Origin: the human T2T-CHM13v2.0 reference genome, Homo sapiens
Direction: 5' to 3' (one strand)
DNA: 64,000 nt
NCBI RefSeq assembly: GCF_009914755.1
Contig: NC_060942.1
Numbering within the stretch: the first letter of the stretch is position 1; each line of letters opens with the position of its first letter. Below the pieces are notes generated by a model. The model ran no database searches, had not been told where the DNA came from, and worked only from the letters and a program-made list of their open reading frames with translations. This document shows positions 56,551 to 64,000 of this stretch, piece after piece. The position numbers and the translations under genes were made by a program.

Positions 56551-57032
56551 TAACATAATGTGTGGTCAGGTTTACATGGAGAAAAGCAGTCTACACTACT
56601 CCAGTTTTTTTTAATGTTAAATTTCTCTATGACACTGTATCCTAGGTCTGACATTGCAGTTCACCAAGGAGCCATGTCTCCCAGGCAGAATGGAGATCCA
56701 TCTTTCCTGGCCCTGCCTCTCCACCTTCTCCGAGCCAGCATTCTAGTTGTCTCCAGGAATGATCTCCCTGACCATCCAGGGCTCAAACCCTGAACCTAGG
56801 AATTGTCCCAGATGCTTTGCACCCCCATGTACCTGATCTGTTGACACATCCTGTCACGCTGTCCCCCAAACTTCCTTGTTCTCTGCATGTCCGTTCTTCA
56901 CCTCGCCCAAGCTGCCCTGAGGCTCCCCAGGCTGCAGTGGCTGTTTCAGTCCACACCATGGAGAGATGGGTTCTTTAGCCCTGCGTTGGTCATGCCACAT
57001 CCCTCACTTGAAGTCCTGCAGTGCTTCCCATG

Positions 57033-57394
57033 TGATATGGTTTGGCTGTGTCCGCACCCAAATCTCACCTTGAATGTTAAAATCCCCATGTGTCAAGGCC
57101 AGGACGAGGTGGAGAGAATTGAATCACAGGGGCGGTTCCCCCTTACTGTTCTCATGATAGTGAATAAGTCTCATGAGATATGATGGTTTTATAAAAGGCA
57201 GTTCCCCTGCACAAGCTGTCTTGCCTACCGCCATGTAAGACTTGCCTTTGCTTCTCCTTTGCCTTCCGTCATGACTGTGAGGCCTCCCCAGCCATGTGTA
57301 ACTGTGAGTTCATGAGTCCATTAAAGCTCCTTCCTTTATAAATTGCCCAGTCTTGGTGATGTTTTTATTAGCAGCATGAGAACAGACTAATACA
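57033..57394 (+). mobile_element. THE1 solo LTR (MaLR)
   Basis: TGATATGGTTTGGCTGTGTCC...GACTAATACA termini; perfect 5-bp TSD CCATG. Confidence 0.95.
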
Positions 57395-57604
57395 CCATGG
57401 CCTTTAGAAGAAAATCTATACACCTTCCCTGGCTTGGCCATGCCCCTCAGAGCCCCCTCCGATACACCCTCTGTGTCTCATGCTTGCCTCCCCTGTTTCT
57501 GCCTCCCCTGTGTCTGCTGAGCTGTTTTCTCTTCCCCAAAAGCCCCCAACACTGGCCCATTTTTCTAGTCATTTGGGCCTCTACTTAGAAGTCCCTTCCT
57601 CCTT

Positions 57605-57772
57605 CAAGGGGCACAGAGTTTCTCTTTTGTAAGACAAGGAGAGTTCTGGGGGTGGAAGGAGCTGATGGCTGCAGGAGGATGTGAAATTGCTAATGCCACT
57701 GAGCTGTGTGCACCTAGACGTGCTTATGAGGATTGATTTTAGAGTGTGTGTATTTTACCACAATTTAAAAAA
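57605..57772 (+). mobile_element. L1M 3'-end fragment
   Basis: AATGCCACTGAGCTGTGTGCAC..GTATTTTACCACAATTTAAAAAA. Confidence 0.7.
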
Positions 57773-58397
57773 GTCCTCTCCTAGTGAGACCTATCCTGGC
57801 CTCATGTTTGGAAGCAGCCGTCTCATCAGTGTCTCACGTCACTGTGTCATCTCTGCACTGCACTGACAATATGACCTGGCACCTTCCTGCTTATTTACTG
57901 GCTATGCTCCACACTCTCAGCCTCCTGCATTAGCACGTGAGCTCCACACAGGCAGGGGCCTCGCCCTTCCTGCTGACTTCTGCCTTGTCAATCCCTCTGG
58001 CAGGCGGGCCTGTAGTAGGGCTTCAGTACAGCACCCAAGTGATGGTCAGGCCCCATGTGACCCAGTCTGGCTCAGAGAAGCACAGTTTATCAGCTAAAAG
58101 GAATTGCAAGTGACTGTAAACTACCCTGGTTACTCCCTCAGAGTACAGGAGAGAGGGGAGCATGTCTCTAATGCCCACAGACTGGATTAACTACCCTCTC
58201 CCTCCAGCTCTGCTGCTTTCATTAACACAGGATGGTGTCTCCCCAAAACACTCTCCTCTTATGTTTAATTGAATCCTTTTCATTATTTTCTTTGATGGAA
58301 ATGGAAGACTGAAGTCAAAATAGTTGAACAACACATGGCATTTACTATGTTGTAAGTGTTTTAGAGACTTCCATGATTTCATCCTCACAACATGATG

Positions 58398-58506
58398 CTC
58401 AGGGACACGGGGCCAGGTCCACAGCCTGAGAAGGTGAGCGTCCACTCAGGGACACGGGGCCAGGTCCACAGCCCGAGAGGGTGAGCATCCACTCAGGGAC
58501 ATGGGG
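58398..58506. repeat. 47-bp tandem repeat, ~2.3 copies
   Basis: CTCAGGGACA recurs at 58398, 58445 and 58492. Confidence 0.9.
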
Positions 58507-58548
58507 TCTTCCTCACATACGTTTACTTTTCAAAATTACCAGAAATCT

Positions 58549-58986
<438 letters not shown>

Positions 58987-59131
58987 TCAGGTTTGGTGGT
59001 GGGATGGGGGAGGGAGCTACAGAGTAAGTATAAGTGGACTGCCATGGAGAGGAGGAGAGAGGAAAGCCATGGGCAACTCTGTGGTCCACGCAAGGACCCA
59101 GTGATCATGCCCCTGACTCTGTGTCTGTCTG

Positions 59132-61416
59132 TGATATGGTTTCGCTGTGTCCCCACCCAAATCTCATATTGAATATTAATTTCCACAATTCCCATGTGTC
59201 ATTGGAGAAACCCAGTGGGAGGTGATTGAATGATGGGGGTGGATCATTCATGTGCTGCTCTTGTGATAGTGAATGAGTCTCACAAGATCTCATTGTTTTA
59301 AAAACGGGAGTTTCCCTGCACAAGCTCCCTTCTCTTGTCTGCTGCCATGTGAGACGTGCCTTTCACCTTCTGCCGTGATTGTGAGGCCTTCCCAGCCATG
59401 TAAAACTCTAAGTCCAATAAACCTCTTTCATTTGTAAATTGCCCCGTCTTGGGTATGTCTTTATCAGCAGTGTGAAAATGGACTAATACACAGTAAATTG
59501 GTACCAGTAGACTGGGGCGCTGCTGAAAAGATACCCGAAAATGTGGAAGTGACTTTGGAACTGGGTAACAGGCAGAGGTTGGAACAGTTTGGAGGGCTCA
59601 AAAAAAGACAGAAAAATGTGGGAAAGTTTGGAACTCCCTAGAAACTTGTTGCATGGCTTTGACCAAAATGCTGATAATGATACGGACAATGAAATCCAGG
59701 CTAAGGTGGTCTCAGATGGAGATGAGAAACTTGTTGGGAACTGGAGCAAAGGTGACTCTTGTTTTGTTTTAGCAAAGAGACTGGTGGCATTTTGCCCCGG
59801 CTTCAGAGATTCATGGAACTTTGAACTTGAGAGAGGTGATTTAGGGTATCTGGTGGAAGAAATTTCTAAGCAGCAAAGCATTCAAGAGGTGACTTGGGTG
59901 CTGTTAAAGGCATTCATTTTTATAAGGGAAGCAGAGCATAAAGGTTTTGAAAATTTGCAGCCTGACAATGCAACAGAAAAGAAAATCCCATTTTCTGAGG
60001 AGAAATTTAAGCTGGCTGCAGAAATTTGCATAAGTAATGAGGAGCCAAATGTTAATCCCCAAGACAATAGGGAATATGTCTCCAGGGCATGTCAGAGTTC
60101 TTCACAGCAGCCCCTCCCATCACAGGCCCAGAGGTTGAGGAGGAAAAAATGATTGTATGGGCCAGGTCCAGGGTCCCTCTGCTCTGTGCAGTCTAGGGAC
60201 TTGGTTCCCTGTGTTCCAGCCACGCCAGCTGTGACTAAAAGGGGCCAAGGTACAGCTCAGGCTGTTGCTTCAGAGGGTAGAAGCCCAAGCCTTGGCAGCT
60301 TTCATGTGGTGGTGAGCCTACAGGTGCACAGAAGTCAAGAACTGAGGTTTGGGAACCTCTGCTAGATTTCAGGAAATGCCTGGATGCCCAGGCAGAAGTT
60401 TGCTGCAGGGACGGGGCCCTCATGGAGATTCTCTCCTAGGGCAGTGCAGAAGGGGAATGTGGTTTTGGAGCCCCCACCCAGAGTTCCTACTGGGACACCA
60501 CCTAGTGGAGCTGTGAGAAGAGGGCCACCATCCTCCAGACCCCATAAAGGTAGATCCACTGACAGCTTGCACCATGTGCCTGGAAAAGCCACAGACAGTC
60601 AATGCCAGCCCTTGAAAGCAGCCAGGAGGGAGGCTGTACCCTGCAAAGCCATAGGGGTGGAGCTGCCAAAGACCATGGGAAGCTACTTCTTGCATCAGAA
60701 TGATGTGGATGTGAGACATAGAGTCAAAAGAGATCATTTTGGAGCCTTAATTTTTGACTACCTGCTGGATTTTAGACTTGTGTGGGGCCTGTAGCCCCTT
60801 TGTTTTGGCCAATTACTCCCATTTGGAATGGCTGTTTTTACCCCATGCCTGTGCCCCCATTGTATCTAGGAAGTAACTAACTTGCTTTTGATTTTACAGG
60901 CTCATGGGCAGAAGGGACTTGCCTTGTCTCAAATGAGACTTTGGACTATGGACTTTTGAGTTAATGATGTAATGAGTTAAGACTTTGGGGACTGTTGGGA
61001 AGGCATGAATGGTTTTGAAATGTGAGGACATGAGATCTAGGGGGAGCCAGGGATGGAATGATATGGTTTGGCTGTGTCCTCACCTAAATCTCCTCTTGAA
61101 TTGCAACTTCCTCACGTCCCATGTATTGTGGGAGGAACCCAGTGGGAAATGACTAAATTATGGGGGCAGGTCTTTCTTGCACTGTTCTTGTGATAGTGAA
61201 TGAGTCTCATGAGATCTGACAGCTTTAAAAATGGGAATTTCCCACACAAGCTCTCTTCTCTTGTCTGCCACCATGTGAGATGTGTCTTTCACCTTCTGTC
61301 ATGATTGTGAGGTCTCCCCAGTCATGCGGAACTGTAAATCCAATAAACCTCTTTCTTTTGTAAATTGCCCAGTCTTGGGTATGTCTTCATCAGCAATGTG
61401 AAAACGGACTAATACG
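59132..61416 (+). mobile_element. Full-length THE1 MaLR element (LTR 59132-59490, internal 59491-61058, LTR 61059-61416; THE1B-like)
   Basis: Two homologous TGATATGGTTT...GACTAATAC LTRs flank an internal region starting GTAAATTGGTACCAG. ORF 59589..60152 (RKMWESLELPR..VVSDGDEKLVGNWSKG) is the typical MaLR-internal ORF remnant. Confidence 0.95.
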
Positions 61417-64000
61417 CTTTGGAAAGGCCCTGAGGTGACGCCCCCAGGTGGCTCCACATTTTCTAGAGCTTTCTTATGGCAGAGATGTGGGGTCCTCCCG
61501 CATGTTTGCCTTGGTGGCCCCTGGCTCAGTTTTAGCATTTCTTTGGCAGTGCAAGGCCTTGACATTTAGACTTCTGCTCTGTTTGTTTGGTTTCAGTTGT
61601 TTAGTAACCCAAACCAGAGATCTTATCTAGCTATCAAGTTTGAGCCCAGAATTGGGAGGGAACCTCTGCATCCTGGCAACAAGCTTTCTCCCAGCTTCAC
61701 TTTGCATTTAGTGGCTTCTGCCTCAGGTACATTCCAAATAATGTCCGTTGGTGGGAGGCAAAGCTCTGGCTGCTCACCAGCTGAACCTCTCCAGAAAGAA
61801 TGACTTTCAAGGAAAGAAAACCTGATGGGAGGTGCATGGGGGCAGCATGAGGATCTGACTTCTCCCGACCTCTGTCCATGGTCCTGTTAAATCCCCACTT
61901 CCTGGCACTGCTGGTAAAACCTTGGCCTGGGGATAGAGAATCCTGCAAGTCTCTTGGCCCCAGAAGGTCAGATAACAAGGACCACATCTTCTGCTCACCA
62001 ACCCATACCCATTTCTTCTCTGCATCACAGGTGGCCCCTTCCAAAGCAATCCTCTCTTTCCTGATTGGGCCTCACTCTCCACATTTTGAATTCTATGGTC
62101 CCCTAGTTCTGTAGCCTCACATCACACAAGTGCCAGCTCCACACACAGATAATATAGCTAGATGTTTAATTTTAAAATATCAAGGATGGCCAGTGGCTGC
62201 CCCTTCTCTGCCTCCAGGCAGCCAATGCCATGTTTGAATGGCTGTTGGTAGGAATATTCCTCTCCTGACCACGTTATTTATTGGTTGGAAGTTCCAAGAA
62301 GAAAACCAACATTAACAAGGATGCAGGCAGTAAGAGGAAGCCACCGTATTTTGCATCACTAGAAGGTTCTGAGGATGCACTGAATTTGGCAGCTCCCGTG
62401 ATGAGACGGGGGCCACCATCCCTCTCTCCATCTGTCCTGCTTCCTCAGAGTGTATTCCAGGTTTGGCAGGGTTCTCTCATGGCCCACTGCTGCCAGCAGC
62501 CCTGGGTGCCTTGTTCATACTCGGTCTTCAAATAAAACCTTGGGGCTCCCCTCAGAGGGGATCAGCTCAGGCTGTGTGGCCATCACCCAACCAAGAATGG
62601 CAGTGTGAGAAGGGATGGAGCTAGCCTGGTCACAACAGGAGTTCCGTGAGCCCTCCCGGCATGGGGGCAGCTTTCTTGGAAGGTCGGACTCACAGTCACA
62701 CATGGACACTCAGGTGAAAGTGATTTTTGTCGCTGCTTGTGCAGAGATGCCGTATATCATGACACTCAGGGGCCCGTGTGAGGGCCGGGCCTCCTGGGCT
62801 CAGCCTCTGCAACTTGCTGGCTGTGTGTTCCTCAGTGTCTTCCCAGTAGATGGTGATGGTCACCGTTCTGCCCATATCCCAGGCATTGTCCTGAGGATGA
62901 AATGAGAGTCTGTGTGAGATTCTTCAGAAGTGCCTGGCACAGAGTGAAAACTGAATAAGCATTTGCTATGTATCTATGTATTTTCTATTTTTAAAGAAAG
63001 TAAACATTATTAGTTTCAAGAGCCCAGAGGAATCACAACTAGGCTAACAAATTATAGCTGAACAGAGGACATAGGGGAAGGGCTCCATTATTTATAAAAA
63101 TGAAGAGTAAAAACAATAATGACTTTTCATGACCTAGTGGGTAATTACATGAGCACCAGAGGGCATTTAAAAAGCTTTTTCCCTTAAGTAGTTTGAACAT
63201 TCTCTTTGAAACATGAATACTATGCACAGGATTCAGAACTGGTGACATCTGAAAAGACGCGAGCTTGAAGGGAAAGAGGAAAGTGGATGCTGTTAGTTCC
63301 TGACAGCTGGGGCTTGTCCTCTCGGTCAGAGCCACCTGGCAACACAGAGAGGGAGCCCACTTCCCCTGAGCCGGGATGTAGATGGGACCTGTTGATGTCA
63401 ACTGCCAATAGCATGGAAGAGAGCGTGCAGGAACAGGAGAGAGAACGCACAGGTTTTCCTCCCTTTTCCTGTGCAGACCTGCTCCAGGGTCATACAACAT
63501 CGAGTGCCAACCAGACAAGGTTCACCCCGTGGATGAAAAAAGAGCTACAGTTTGAAAACCTAGTGGGAAATCTAACTGACTCATCCCTGCCTTCCCAAGT
63601 ATGTTCTGGGCCTGTTGTACCCGCAAATACCTCTGCCGTCCTGCAGATGGGCCTGAGTGCTGTAAATTCCCATGGGGTGGGGAGACATGACTGGTGCTCC
63701 CGCAGTGGTAATGCCACTGTAGGCAACTGAGAGTGACACACAGTTAATTCCTCAGCTCATTCACTTCAGGTCCTGAAACAGTCACCAGGTGACCCTTCTG
63801 CAAATTGGAGCAGCTTCATAAGCAGAGGAGAGAAGAAGCTTGACGACACCCAGGACGGATGCCCTGCTGAGCCTGGGCATCAGTGCTGGCTCTGCCCACT
63901 TCCTGCCCAGACTCCTGTGCTGTTTGGAGAAAACTGGGCAGGAGGTGGGAGAGGTCTTTGGCATAAGAGTGTTTGGTAGCTGAATAGCCTACTCATAAAC

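Overview
This is primate, almost certainly human, genomic DNA (Alu, THE1, MLT1 and L1 repeats). It covers the 5' part of the Golli-MBP (myelin basic protein) transcription unit on the minus strand, known to lie at human 18q23. The anchor is a 76-nt minus-strand exon (21659-21734) with canonical splice sites encoding MGNHAGKRELNAEKAST, the Golli N-terminus. The non-coding first exon (~49607-49810) lies in a CpG-island promoter. Exon 3 and the classical MBP exons are off the left edge. The rest is intron or upstream sequence, and almost all listed ORFs are spurious (repeat, low-complexity or GC-rich). I see no evidence for a new protein-coding system. The most interesting non-obvious signals are: a 171-bp tandem array in intron 1 where each full unit carries an extended heat-shock element; an intronic CpG island with a recursive-splice-site-like AG|GTAAGG followed by a 58-nt cryptic exon; a G-quadruplex-type minisatellite with a 384-bp higher-order duplication; and a strong donor site suggesting an upstream alternative first exon. 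Repeat subfamily names are by eye and boundaries are approximate.
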